Positions 37,106 to 49,797 of a DNA stretch of 64,000 nt are shown in pieces. The number at the start of each line of letters is the position of its first letter. The stretch's first letter is position 1. The notes under the pieces are model-generated. The model saw nothing but the letters and a program-made list of their open reading frames with translations, did not search any database and was not told where the DNA came from. A program made the translations under genes and the position numbers. This stretch comes from Vicugna vicugna. Lineage: Eukaryota. The stretch is taken from contig MU058636.1 of assembly GCA_013265495.1 (NCBI GenBank), forward strand, positions 5,987,741 through 6,051,740, in the 5' to 3' direction.

Positions 37106-40100
37106 CTGGTCCGTAGCGCAGGCTCCTTGCAGACTAGCACTGCCCTCCCCGAGACTCAGTTTCTGGCTCTACTAAATGGAGTAAGATTACAGTGTGTTTG
37201 TGAGACTCACATGGGACAGATGTAAAAAATAAAAAGATGGCCTTTCTATTGCAATGTATTAGATAGCCTGTGTCTGACTTTGTTTTTTTTTCACTATCAT
37301 ACCCATTTTCTGAATTTTGTGTGTGGAATTTTATTTACAGGTAGCAAAATTAGAATTATACACTATTTTAATACACTGCAGAGTTGTAGATATGTGATGA
37401 CTTTTATAATATATATAGAAATATATAATATACACACACACACTTAGACTCTAAGGTTTCTATTGTATGTGATGAATTGACTTCTTTCTATGCATCCAGA
37501 ATGGTACCAACTAAGTACCAACTTTGAGAGAGTTAAGAAAATAATAACTCAAATAATTTTTTTTAGGACAGAATTCTGTCACAGAATCTCACTTGAGGAA
37601 GGCTGGTTTAAAAGGGTGAAATCGGTTTGTTAATCAGCTCTTATAAAACCATCCCTTTGAGATGATAGTATATTGCCTACATACAGAAATATCAGTGTAT
37701 AGATAATGCAGAGAAGATAAAATGGAATTTAAAGATGAAGTAACAGAAACACGTTCTCCCAGACTGTGCACCCTCACCCAGTATAAGTGCACCACCCCCG
37801 TGCCCACGCCTGTGCCTGCACGCCACACACACACACAGATAAGGGAGGAGAAATGTACTCAGGGGTGCATAGGATCAAATCAAGGGTTCATTGATTTACT
37901 AGCTTCCTTATATCTGCTCCAGTCTTTAGGCTCACTCCTTAAGAAGCTCAAGGACTGAGATTCAGTTGCTTATTAGAATTCCCCTTTTTACAAAAGTGCG
38001 AAACCTCAGCAGCATGAGATGTGGCCTAGCCTGCAACCTTAAAACTTGTCAGTCATTTGGAGACTCTCGTGAAACCATTTTCTATCACATTCTTGACTTG
38101 AGAAATTATATAAATTTTACTGCTTATATCTAGCAAAGCAAAGATTTTTGTGATACCAGATACTTGATTCGACAGAATTTTAAAATTTACCAACAGGAAT
38201 TTAGATTCCTGGAAAAAGTCTTCGAAAATTAAGCCCTTCAAAATTTTAAGAAGTTAAAATTCTCTATCTCTTTGGTGAGATGTTTCTCTGATACAGTCTG
38301 TGAACTGTGCTCTGCTAAGATGTTTGTGGCATATGCATTTATCACACAAAAGACAGATGAGAGTCTCAGTGAATAGGACTAACATCTCTCCTTAATGACA
38401 CCTGCAAAGGCTGAAATGGCTGGGCATCATGGTGCATCTTTGCCACTTTACTGAAGAACCAGCTGCCCACGGTATTCAAGGGTTTTCCCATAGCATAGGT
38501 TAAAAGAAAGTTTTTTTCTGAAGTCCAAACTAATATGCTGGGTACTATTTCCTCCGGGCATATTGCATGAGTAGAATTATTACTGTATCTCCATAACTTA
38601 GAGAAATTCAGGAATAATGTAATTATCCCGTGTCACTTAGACATAAGCATTTTGTCTGAAATTGTCTAGATGGTTCCGGTGACTCATTGTAGTCCTTTCA
38701 TTGTGGGAATTTGGTATATGGGTGCACATCTAGAAAAATTCGAATGTTTATCCTAATGCAGAAGATCAAAATAAGACTGAAAATCAGTGTGTAGATAATG
38801 CAGAGAAGATAAGATTGCTCTCTGACCAAATATCCAGAATTCCCAAGGGCTCAATATTCATTTCACTGTGTCAGAAGAAGCAAGTACTGTTCCTCTTGAA
38901 AGAAATGGTGGCAAGTGGAATTGAAGTGATTAAGAATCATCATGTATCTGGACCAGGTGAATGAATATATTTGCCTCATATTTTAGGTATGTGCAGGAGG
39001 GATAAGAAGCCACAGTTAACCAATCAGTTTGGAAACATCAACCTGAGGAAAAAGGAAAGAATCATTGCTGTGAAAGTCTCGGTGTTAGGAGGAGGTCAGA
39101 GGCCATGTTGGTCAAGAAAAATGCAGTTGTTTTAGGTAAAGCTGTGCTTGTTCTCCTGACACTGAAGCTTGTCAAGTTCTGGTCCGCATAATCTGGGGCC
39201 ACCCTTGGCGATCTCCCGGTGGAAGCCTGGCAGCTGGTGGTAGAAACGCAGAGACTGTTTCCTCAAGAGAATTCACTGACTTTTAGAAGCTTCCTGGGGA
39301 CAATCCCAGATGGCTCACTTAGCAGGAAACTCATTTATTTGTAGCTCCGAACACTTGCTGGAGTCCCTAATTGGCTCATGAACAGGACCAGAAGCTCACA
39401 ATCATTCCCTTGTGGTCAATTTGCACATTAACTCTTTCAGGCTGAAAGGGTACCCTTAGGAATCAGGTTGCTTGTATTGCTTATTATAAATTCATTGCAT
39501 TGAATTTTAAATTAATGAAATTAATTCAGTTGGGAAGCTGGCTTAACAAGATGAGAAGCTTTGAGTCAATGGCTTCTTAGGCTGGGTCGTGTCCTGCCTG
39601 GTGTAGGATCCAGCCCTGGCCAGACCTGCTCTTCCAGATGCTCTGGATCTAAATAGAAGAGGTTATAAAGTTCTGGGAAGTTAGAACATAAAACCGGATG
39701 GAGATTGTTAGAAGAGGGAGACTATGCTGAGAGAGGCTGTGGTTCACAGGAAGGGCTGGGGGTTTCGTGGAGAGTGAGGAGGGGCTTGAATACGAGAACA
39801 AAGGGGAGCATTCAAACACGATACAGTGGAAATAAGGCAATCTCTGTGATTGGGGGCATGGTGCCCACTTTGAATTTTAATCTATTTATTAGTTAGTGAG
39901 AAGCTCAGTTTTACTCAGCTGGACATCATGTTGTGGGAACATTACTGGCAGGAGTCTCAAGAGGTAGGCAGAGTCGAGATCACAGAAGTCCATTCTTTCT
40001 TCCTTTCTTTCCTTTCCTATTTATTTTTATTTTTTGGCAGGCCGTGGGAAGTGAACAGAAGTCTTTAAAGAGGGCAGTAGAATAAATAAGATTGGTAAGA

Positions 40101-40587
40101 AACGGGGCTGAAAAGGAAGATCTGAAAGCTATGGTGGGGAATTTAGGTTCTAAGAGCAATGAGACTAACCTATTCGGGCTGAATATGAAAATATGACTGT
40201 AGCCTATGATTCCCCCAAATCACACAAACAGCATGAAAAGCATGTAACTCTTTTAGTCCCTTAATGCATTTACTTCTTATGCCATGATGAGGAGAGAACA
40301 ATAAAACCCCAGTGGACTATGATGCAGTGTATGCCCAAGAGTAGCACAGACAGCTGTACATGTGTTTAACAGAAAACATTACTTATGGCCTCAGTTACCG
40401 CTGAAGGAAAGTGTTTATTAAAAGGAAGAATCCTGCCTGCTGGGCCCCTTGGTGGTGCTGGTTGGAGAAGTCTGTACTTAGGATGGATTATGTCATAATA
40501 GAGGGAGTAATTGAGAGTCAACCTTCCCTGTTACTTCCCCGCTCTTGGGAAAGTCTACTCCACATGCATGTGTGAAGATACATGGAA

Positions 40588-41106
40588 CTTTTGGGGGAAG
40601 AAAAACTTTCCCTCCACCGACTTATTTCCAGTGATCGGGGAGCGTGCAAATTAACTGGCAGTAGACGTATCACCAGGAGAAAGGTTTATTATGTCTGTGA
40701 GAACAGTCATAGAAAAGTTTGTTATGTGTGTGGGAACATTCAGAGAAGCGGCTCCCTGAATAGCTAGAGATGGGGGGTTACATGCCAACTTAATAGGAGG
40801 AAGGGGGTGAAGAGAAAGGTCTTCTCTGGAAAAACAAATGGGCTTCCAGGAGAAGAAATGGAAGTTATGGCAGTTTGTAATAATGTTCGTTCTCGCAGCC
40901 TCTGTATCCCGGTGTGAGTGGTCCTCTCCTTACTGGGAGGAAATCTCCCCACATCGAGGGGATGTATGGCGACCTGTAAGACGATTCTGCCTTTAGTCAG
41001 ATAAGAGAAGCTCTGACAAAGCTTCGTTCTGCCTCTGTTACATCTCAAATGTCTTCAGTTTAAAATAATCTTCGTATGAACGCTGGGGTCAGGGTGGGCT
41101 CCTACT
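40588..41106 (-). mobile_element. ERV1 solo LTR (MER34-related; similar to 36417-36976)
   Basis: Shared blocks gaaaaactttccctc, tgcaaatta, aacaaatggg, ttagtcagataag, tctcaaatgtcttcagtttaaaataat. Confidence 0.75.
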
Positions 41107-41429
41107 CTTCATTTTAATGAAGGCCAGTGAAGAAACTCAGTGTCTCATTTGGAGACCAGGGTCACACAGGCAGAGGCAGAAACCCAGCAGCAGATGAGGC
41201 CACGAGCACGTGGACCTTCTAGGACTGCGTGGAAATTTCAGTGTGATTTGGGCTTCCTCAGAGATGGGTTTGAAGGCTCGAGCTAACCTTATGTAGACAG
41301 CAGGCTGCGTGGAGAGAGCCCTTTCTGATTACCGCCATTAATTCCTCTGCCCTCAACTAATCTGCCACAATTTCCTCAAGTACTTACATGTAGCAAGTGC
41401 TACAGGGATGAGTAAAGAGTGAAAGACAT

Positions 41430-41790
41430 GGGCATTTATAAGGAAAGGCAGGGGTGGTTGTCTTTTGATGTGTAACCTGACTCGGCCACTTACATGTGAT
41501 CTTGAGCAAATTAATTCACTTCTCTGAGCCTCCATTTCATCATCTATGTAAAAGTAAGCAATACAGTTCCTTCTCCTGAGAGTGTAGGAGGTATTAGACA
41601 TCTCATATACATTATTTAATTTGTCCTTTCAGTAACATATTATAACGGAGGTCTTGTGACTTTTGTTAACACTTAACAAACAAAAAAGCTTCAAGAGATT
41701 AAGGAACTTTTCTAAGATCACATAGATGGTAAGTGATAAAGGCAAAATTAGACTCCAGTTCTGTCAGATTCCAAATTTCTTCTCTTCACC
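41430..41790. mobile_element. Two MIRs in opposite orientation
   Basis: tgtgatcttgagcaaattaattcacttctctgagcctccatttcatcatctatgtaaa (+); agagattaaggaacttttctaagatcacatag (-). Confidence 0.7.
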
Positions 41791-42659
41791 ACTAATTTTT
41801 ACCCCCTTAATATACTGTAAAGTTGCTATGAATTGATCACATTAAATTAAATATGAACAAATTGGCCAGTATAATTCCTGGGACATAGAAACCACTCCAT
41901 AAGTGGTAGCTGCTTCATAATTATTTAATCATAAAGAATAAAGTAATCTCTACAAGGCTCTTTTTGTTCTAGAGCTCTCCGACAGTGACACCTGAGCTTT
42001 TTTGGAGATTAAGTATCATAACATAAATTAGGCAACACACACGCGCACACTGAATTAAACGAAGATAGACACATTACATGGTTTTAATGAGCCTCCTGCT
42101 TGAAGGAGACAGGACCTGAGCTGGCGAGAATTTGCATGGTGCTTCGATGGTTAATACAGTTTCCCTGAGTACCTCATTTACAACAGAGACTAGTTTAGGC
42201 ACTTGGGTGAATATGATTCATTTAAATGCTTAAAACCATGAATCACTCAGAGTAGCATTATGGGTAATTTTAATGAAACATCTTTAAGGTCTTCGTTCCT
42301 TTGTTAACTGCTTCTATTGAATTTAAACAAAAGTCCAGTTTCATTCCAAATTTAAATCCAAAAGAGATTTGATCTTTTCTTCCTGCCATTTTGCAACCAA
42401 TGTAATTTCTAACAAGTGCCTGGAATTGAGATGTGAGTCAGATCAGAAAACTGCATTTGAAACTGAATGGAATACCAAAGCAGAGTGGGGATGAAGGGGA
42501 GGTTTTAGAGTGACATATCCAGTTAAAACCACCTGAGCTAGCCTTCCTTAATTCCCAAGACCTCCTATATCACAGTGACTTACAAGACCACTAATGTTCC
42601 GCTACTTGGACTCTATGAAGTTAGAAAAAAATAATTTAAAAAAATCAAAACTTCAAAAT

Positions 42660-43042
42660 TGGCTCACGCATGAAAACCAGTATATAAATATTAATATCAG
42701 ATTTATTCGTAAAGCCCCCAACTGGAAACCATGCAAGTGTCTATCCACTGGTAAGTGAATATACAAATTGTGGTACATCCATACAGTGGAATACCGCATG
42801 GCAATAAAAGGAAGGAAACAGCTGATGCCATTAAGTAACAAGTCTGAGTCCCCAAAGCTTAACACTAGGAAGAAACCAGGCGCAAAAGGCCATTGCACGC
42901 TGCATGATTCCATTTATACAGTATTCTGGAAAAGGGAAATGTGTAAGGGCAGAAATCAATTCAGTTGTCACTGGGGGTCAGAAATGGGGTGAGAACTGAC
43001 AGCAAAGAGGCAGAGAGAACTTTGGGGGTTTGAAATTATATT
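42660..43042 (+). mobile_element. L1MC/ME 3' end
   Basis: aagcccccaactggaaacc...aaattgtggtacatccatacagtggaatac...atgattccatttata. Confidence 0.8.
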
Positions 43043-43043
43043 A

Positions 43044-43323
43044 CAATTGACCCTTGAACAATACAGGTTTGAACTTCAAGGGTCCACTTATCTGTGAGTT
43101 ATTTTCAATAGATATACAGTTGGCCCTCTATATTCCCAGATTTCACATCTGGAGTTTCAGTCAACCTTAGAAATTTCTATCTGTGATTGACTCAATCCAC
43201 GGATGTGGAACCCATGGATATGGACATGAAGGGTCGACTGTACTGGTTGTACCACGCCACTTAATGTAAGGGACTTGAACATCCATGTGGAACCAATCCC
43301 CTGCAGACACCCAGAGACAACTC
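43044..43323 (+). mobile_element. MER2B-like (Tc1/mariner Tigger) element
   Basis: TA-flanked caattgacccttgaacaatacaggtttgaac...aagggacttgaacatcc...ggaaccaatcccctgcagacacc. Confidence 0.8.
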
Positions 43324-43324
43324 T

Positions 43325-43682
43325 AGTTTTCTAGGTCTGCTGTCACAAAAGAATCACAAACTGAGTGGCTTAAGTAGCAGAAGAGTATTGTCTCCTAGTT
43401 CTGGATTCTAGAAGTCTTGAAGTCTGAAGTCCAAGTGTTGGCAGGGTTGGCTCCTTCTGACAGCTGCGGAAGTCTGTCCCAGGCTTCCCTCCTAGCTTCT
43501 GCTGGTTGCCGGCAGTCTCTGTTGTTCCTTGCTCTGTAGATGATACATCACCCTGATCCCAGCCTTTATCTCCACGTAGTGTTCTTTTTGTCTGTGCCTG
43601 GCTCCAAATCTCTCATTTTTATTATGACCCTAGTCATATCAGTTTAGAGGACCGCCCTACTCCTTACGCCAGTATGACTTCT
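43325..43682 (-). mobile_element. MLT1C-like LTR fragment
   Basis: cacaaactgagtggcttaag...ccaagtgttggcagggttgg...cctagcttctgctggttgccggcagtc. Confidence 0.8.
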
Positions 43683-43689
43683 GTTTATT

Positions 43690-45432
43690 GAGTAATATCT
43701 CCCCATTCCCTCCTCCCCCATCCCCTTGCTAACACTATTCCACTTTTTCTCCCTATAATTCTAACTGTTGTAAGTACCTCATATAAGGACAAGAACACAG
43801 TATTGGCTTATTTCACTTAGCATAATGTCCTCGAGATTTATCCATGTTATAGCATGTATCAAAATTTCTTTCTTTTTAAAGACTAAATAATATTCTATTG
43901 TATGTATATATCACATTTTGCTTATTCATTCATCCATCGATAGATACTTGGGTTCCTTCCGTGTTTTAGTGTGAATAGTGCTTTTTTGTGTGTGACCTAA
44001 CATGTGCTCTATCCTGGAGAATGCTCCTTGTGCACTTGAGAAGAATGTGTGTTCTGTCGCTGTTAGTGGAATGTTCTGTACATGTCTGTTAGGTCCATTT
44101 GGTCTAAATTATAGATCAAGTCCAATGTCTCCTCACTGATTTTCTGTCTGGATGATCTATCCATTATTGAAAATGGGGTATTGAAGTCCCCTACTATTAT
44201 GGTATAATCGTCTATTTCTCCCTTCAAATCTGTAAGTATTTGCTTAATATATGTCGGTTCTCTGATGTTGGGTGCATATATTTATGATTGTTACATCCCC
44301 TTGATGAATGTATTCCATTTTCATTATATATATATATGATTATATAAAGGATACATTACATTATATATGTATATATATGTATACTATAGATCATATATTT
44401 GTCTTTTGTGTATCTACTGTAGATTTTGACATTGTATTTACCATGAAGCTTACATAAAACATAGTCTATTTTCTCTTGATAGTAACATCAATCACATACA
44501 AAAACTGCACTTTTACTGACCCCTTTATGTTTTTGATGTCACAACTTTTTCTTGACTTTTCTCCATGTCTTCCTGTAGTTCTTGAGCCTTTAAAATAATT
44601 GTTTTGAAGCTATTGTCTAGTAGATATGCCATCAAGTGTTGCTCATGGATATTATTTGTTACTTCATTTTTTCCTTTGTAAGGGCCATACTTTCTTGCTT
44701 CTTTGTTTGCCTTGTGATTTTTTTTTTTGGTTAAAAAGTGGACATTTGAATCTAATGATGTAATTCTAGACATCAGATTCCCCTCTTTCCCCAGAGTTTG
44801 CTGGGGTTTTGTTTGTGTGTTTGTTTGTTTAATTGTAGGTTGCATCTATGCTGAAGATAAGCCTGAGGTGTAAACTGAAGGCCTTCTTAGGTATTTTCTG
44901 AGGCTGCACCTTCCCCTGGGCACATGTGGTGACTTTCTCATTTCTCCTGTATATGTGGCTGCTTTTATATATCCTAGTCTTCAATGTCTGGCTCCCAAAG
45001 GGAGATAAAGAGAAAAATAAAGTGTGTGGAGGGGGCACTGGCCCTTTAAATCCCTTGTATGTCACTTCAGCTAGAGAGGGAGGGACTTTTCTTCAGCTGG
45101 AGGGGAGAAGTTTTCAGCAATGGCTGCCTGCCTGCTGGTCTGAACCTTTTGATCAGAAGTGACAATCAGTGATCAGAGCACAGATCTCCGATGTTTGGAC
45201 GATAACGTCCTTTTAACCTTCTCTGGCTCTCATAAGCTATGTGCAAACTGCTTTAGGGACATGTGCACGGCTGTCATGTTGGTGGGTGGGTAGCGGCTAA
45301 TGTGCTAAGAGCTGAAGTTGACCAAAATTAACCAAAACTTATCTTCCAAACCTTAATTTATCATCCAAGCCTTCCCCAGGTAGTTTCAAGCCTTTAATAG
45401 ACTCCAGAGTTCCAAAATAATTACTTCAGACA
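43690..45432 (-). mobile_element. Composite old L1 (3' UTR piece, endonuclease region, 5' region)
   Basis: ggcttatttcacttagcataatgtcctc; tctatcctggagaatgctccttgtgcacttgagaagaatgtg; ctggatgatctatccattattgaaaatggggtattgaagtcccc; agactccagagttccaaaataa. Confidence 0.85.
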
Positions 45433-46250
45433 TGTCAAGAAAAAAATTAATCAATAGTCAATCTAAGAAAGAAATGGAAAATTTTATTTGAGCCAAAGTA
45501 AGGATTCTAACCTGGGTGACAGGCTCTTGGAAAACCGTTCTGAAGAGAGAGAGGGAGAGAGGTCAGTATACATGTGATATTGGTGAAGGGGGTACGTGCA
45601 GTCAAGCATACATCTCGGTAAAAGGTTGCTGCTAGTCATGAGCAACAGTCATTTAGTTAATGGTTTTAGTACTTTTCCAAGTATGGGAAGATGCAAGAAT
45701 CCAGGTTCATAAAATCTTTTCCCTGAAAATACCTAACTGTCTGAAGGCCTGTTCTGCCAGTTGTCCCAGAACAGAGCACCTCATCCTAATCAGGGTGTGT
45801 TGAAGGTGAGTGGATGCAGTGGCCAACAGCTTGATTCTTGAAGAACTGGATGGTGGGGGCTTTCGTTATTTTATACCATCTTTCCTTTCAGTCTTAGTTT
45901 CAGCCAAGTTTTGGTAGGCATTTCGTGACCAATTTGTCCCATGACACCAGAAATACTCGTTCCCAGGTCAGGCAAGGATTGCACTGACAGGCCACTCAGT
46001 GTGCTGTTACAGGACTGGGCCCTGCTCGCAGTAACCAAAAGCCTCTGGACCACCTGCCGTAGTAGTCTGTTATGGTCCAGGAAATGGGTCCCTTTCGGAA
46101 TCATTTCCAGAGCAATACTGCAGCCATCCACTACCAAATGCACCGAAGTTTTCGCTCTAACCTTGAAGTTTTTAAATGAAACATTCTAAAGGTCTCGGGT
46201 CCTTTGAAAGCACAAAACAGGAATTGTAGTACCAGATATATTATTCTTTG
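45433..46250 (-). mobile_element. ERV1 remnant: 3' LTR (45433-about 45878), polypurine tract and short 3' internal segment (MER41/MER4-group-like)
   Basis: TG at 45433; minus-strand AATAAA near 45483; purine tract gaaaggaaaga next to the LTR on the minus strand. Confidence 0.7.
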
Positions 46251-46659
46251 TACTTCTGCCAGTGTAGGCTCCCCTCCCCGCTTAGCTTTCTTTTGCTTTT
46301 GTGCTCCTTTCGCTGTGACTGCTTAGAGGTGCCTACAATTTTTAATGACACCTGGAAGATTACTTAATTCTTGCTCTAACATGACACTCTGCTCACTTCA
46401 GCTACTTCCTTGCAAGAGGCTGTTGAATAACTTTTACTGAAAGAAGTAAAATTTCAACAGTCCTTTCCTCATGTATTTAGAGTGTGTTATAATCAGCTCA
46501 AATTACTGCTTTTTAAATGTATTGTTCTCTGTGCTCAGAAACAAGTATTCCATGTTAGCTTAATGTCATGCTGTATTCCTGTAGCAGTTCTTTGTATGAT
46601 GCAACCTGATAATTTTACTATACTTTCCTTCAACTAAGATACGAAAAATTACACCATCA

Positions 46660-47030
46660 TTTCACATTGTCCCTTTGATTTGTCACATTGGCCATTCGGA
46701 AGTACTTCTGGGGAAAAAAAAAGAAGCAAAATTGTTTCCCTTTTCAAAAGAAAAGTCTCATTTAAGAAAATGAAATACTTCCTTATGAAAATGGATAGAA
46801 ATATGCAGCTGTCTCACTGACGGTAGTCTCAGCTGAGATCTGCAGGCGCCCCTTCTCGAGAAGAATGGGGCATATAAACAGGTGTGGAAGCCACTGCTGT
46901 TGTTACGAAGGGTGAAAGCAAAGGTTTGAGATTCAAGGTTTCCCTGCATCTTACGTTAATTCCAGTGGCGGATGACCAGGTCCTGGGAACTCAAGATCTA
47001 GCCTAGGGAGGGCCTACCCGGTGGTGGCTG
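46660..47030. promoter_or_regulatory. Candidate enhancer (E-boxes, TCF/Sox-type sites)
   Basis: CAGCTG at 46806 and 46830, CAGGTG at 46879, CTTTGAT near 46673, CATTGT; non-repeat, raised CpG. Confidence 0.3.
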
Positions 47031-47069
47031 TTCCCTTGTTTTGTAGCTACCTAGAGGAGCGGGGGTCAT

Positions 47070-47270
47070 CTGGAGTCCTGATAAATGCCAGGAGCTTTAC
47101 AAACTCTATTTCTCTCTGTCCTTTTAATAATCCTACAGAAAAAGGATTTTTTTTCAGCTATGAAACTGAGGCTCAGAAAGATTGAGGAATTGTTCCAATT
47201 TTCCACAGTTAAACAGAAGTTGTGTTAGAATTAAAAGCAAGTCTGGATCATAGGTCAGTGTTGCTTCAGC
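47070..47270 (-). mobile_element. MIR
   Basis: gaaactgaggctcagaaagattgaggaattgttccaa. Confidence 0.65.
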
Positions 47271-47405
47271 TAAAATATTTTGCATGAATCTGCAATCTCT
47301 CAGAGATACCAATCCTCAAGTGATTACTCCTGACTAATCTTGGGTTAGCATAATACCCCCCATTGTTTCCTCATAAACTTTACTGTAGATTGCAATGTCA
47401 GGCAC

Positions 47406-47977
47406 TGTTCCCAAACTCAGGTCCAGCTGCTCCCTGCTCAACAATCAACACCAAGAGGCAGTCATTGACAGAAAGGAAAGTTGCTTTTAACTAGAAAGCG
47501 GGTAATCTGGGGAGAAGGCGGACTCACGTCCTCCCCAAACCAACTCTGAAGATTCTGCTGGCTGTGAAAGTTTTTAAAGGGAAAAGGGGACGTAATCTCA
47601 GTTAATCATTCAGATAGGGGTCAGACTCATCGTCACCTCCCGCTGCGCGCAGTCTTGTGGACTTCTCATGGTCCTTCTTTAGATGCTGTCTCGTTCCCGC
47701 AGCTTGGTCACAAGATTACTGAAGGGGAGGCTGGGGAAGAGACCTGGTCATCTGTTAATTACTCATTCTTCATTTCCCTTTCTTTGATCTGTGGGAAGAA
47801 CCAACAGGTTAGGCCAGGTATTGTGTGATCAAAAGATTTGAAAGGAGTACTTGGGCCACAGATGAATAGAATATGGGGACTCCTGATTTGAAAGTTAGTA
47901 ACAATGTAGCTTTGCTAAAGTGACAAGGCAAAAGGGGCTTCCTGCTGAGGGTGATTTCCTGCCAAGAGCTGCTTACA
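47406..47977 (-). mobile_element. ERV1 3' LTR, 572 bp
   Basis: TG...CA termini; minus-strand PPT gacagggggatt directly before TGTAAGC. Confidence 0.85.
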
Positions 47978-48400
47978 AATCCCCCTGTCAGATATCATTC
48001 CATTTCTATGGGATTAGGGATGAAGGTCCGTCTTCTGTAACTGCTTCACGCTGAGAAAGGGCGTTGAGGTCTTAGAGTTGAAGATATCGACTTGGATTTG
48101 AAGCATCTTGTTGCTGACAGTTTTAGTTGCCCGCTTACATACATGGACAGAACAAGCTACAGCTATTTTGATGCCCACAAAGATATAAGTTATTGTGAGC
48201 AGTAGTGTTAACCCCATTTTCTTAAGACTAGCTCTTGGAATTGTGCTAACCACACAGGTTCAGTCCTGCTCAAGACGGAGTAGCTTATTGTCATGGCTGC
48301 AGTCTGGTCATCGTTTAGTTAGCTTTTTCCCTGTGGTGGCAGTTACAGTGTATTTGTAAAACAAGTCGGGAATGTGCATCAGACACTGAGTCTGTGACCC
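47978..48400 (-). pseudogene. env: Decayed retroviral env TM-subunit C-terminus plus 3' UTR/PPT
   Basis: Minus-strand TQCLMHIPD (resembles the CC-x-YIPD block of ERV1 TM); hydrophobic GLTLLLTITYIFVGIKIAVAC plus tail (ORF 48014-48253) just upstream of PPT and LTR. Confidence 0.55.
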
Positions 48401-49253
48401 TATTGTCCTGTCATTAACTGCTTGAGCCTGCTCTTTTTGTGACTTAGGGAGGCCTGGGCGATGCCAGCTGTTCTACAAACAAGAGGCAGGGGAGGACATA
48501 GAGGGCCTTTGTACTTGGAGGGGGAGGTGCTCACAGGGTACTTCTCGGTTCCAGTGCTGGGACCCCTTTCCTCACTCCCTACAATCCATCCATCCCAGGG
48601 GAGCCTGGGCTGTAGTGGCATCTAATATCATAAAGAGCTTTGGGCGTTGGGAAGCAGCCTGCCAAGTCTCTTACACCAACTTAGGGAAGAAAATGATCAG
48701 ATGGCAGGCTCACACTCTCCAGTTTCTCCCAGTATCTCCCGTGGCTTATTCCAGTAGTCACCGTCATCTTTCCCTTCCAGAAGAAAAGAAGGATGGTCCA
48801 AGCATCTGTACGGGAAATTGAAGGCATTGGGGATGTGCAGGGAGCCCGAAGCAAGAGGAAGGAGACATTCTAAATAAAGATGCAGCAGGACAGGACTGCT
48901 CAGAGTAGCGGGAAAGCCTGTTTTCAGTGTCTGCCTTCAATTCAGGCACCGCGCTCCACATCTCTCCCAGGTCTTCCTAAGTTTCCAGACACAGGGGCAA
49001 AGGGGCATGAGTCATCTGTATGATGACTAAACATTTCCATTATCAAGGATAAGGCAGAGAGGGACTTTATATAAATGAAGGCTGAAGGGAAGTGCTGACA
49101 CAGCGCAGAAATGGCACCTTTGGTGACTTTCCAGTGACTGACCAAGGTCTCTCTAAGTCCCATCTCTGCAAAACAAGGTATTATAATCGGTCTCTTGGTT
49201 TACTGCTCAGAGGCAGTAAACAAAACAAAATGAAAAAGATGACAAGCAGCTGG

Positions 49254-49272
49254 CTAGTGCCATCTAGTGGTA
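49254..49272 (-). promoter_or_regulatory. CTCF binding motif
   Basis: Minus strand reads TACCACTAGATGGCACTAG, a full match to the CCASYAGRKGGCRS core, in non-repeat DNA. Confidence 0.7.
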
Positions 49273-49601
49273 GCAAAGAAACAGTAACTTTTTTAATAAC
49301 CTTTTTCGAAAGAGGGGAAGGGGGAGACTAAAACCTTGCCTTTCTTTCTGGGGCACGGATGGCTTCTCTCGAGCTGAGTTGCACCTTTTCTCCACGGCAG
49401 ATGAAGAACAGCTCAATACTGAGGCTGCTTGTCCAAGAGAAAAGGGTGGAGAGATTAAGATGCATTTCGAGATAAAGTCATTTCAACGCTGCTCTGGAAG
49501 AGGGGCATGCTGAGATTTACAGGAACAGCTCATTTTCTGTTTGGAGATTTCTGGTGGTCGAGGATGGTGCTGCTGATCTCTATGGACAGGCTAGATATTT
49601 T

Positions 49602-49797
49602 CTGAAAACCAGCTGCTTTGCATACAAGCCTTGTCGTTCCAAATCCAAATCTTGGATGAAATTCTGGCCGTGATGATTGGTTTTAGGGCCTTTGTTGCTC
49701 ACGGCACCTGCCTTTTTGTCTCACAGGCAGAATTTCAGAGAAGCAAATGCTCACTTCCCAACTGCATTCTACTCAGGAAATAATCATAATTACCACA
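49602..49797 (+). repeat. Source of a local two-part duplication (copy at 51871-51955)
   Basis: 49602-49626 and 49736-49797 recur exactly, joined, at 51871-51955. Confidence 0.95.

Noticed and set aside
49627..49737. The skipped 111 bp as a spliced intron (copy at 51871 as a processed retrocopy)
   Set aside because: No GT-AG or GC-AG ends on either strand in any register allowed by the CA microhomology; no poly(A) or TSD; the good acceptor at 49726 is not the junction
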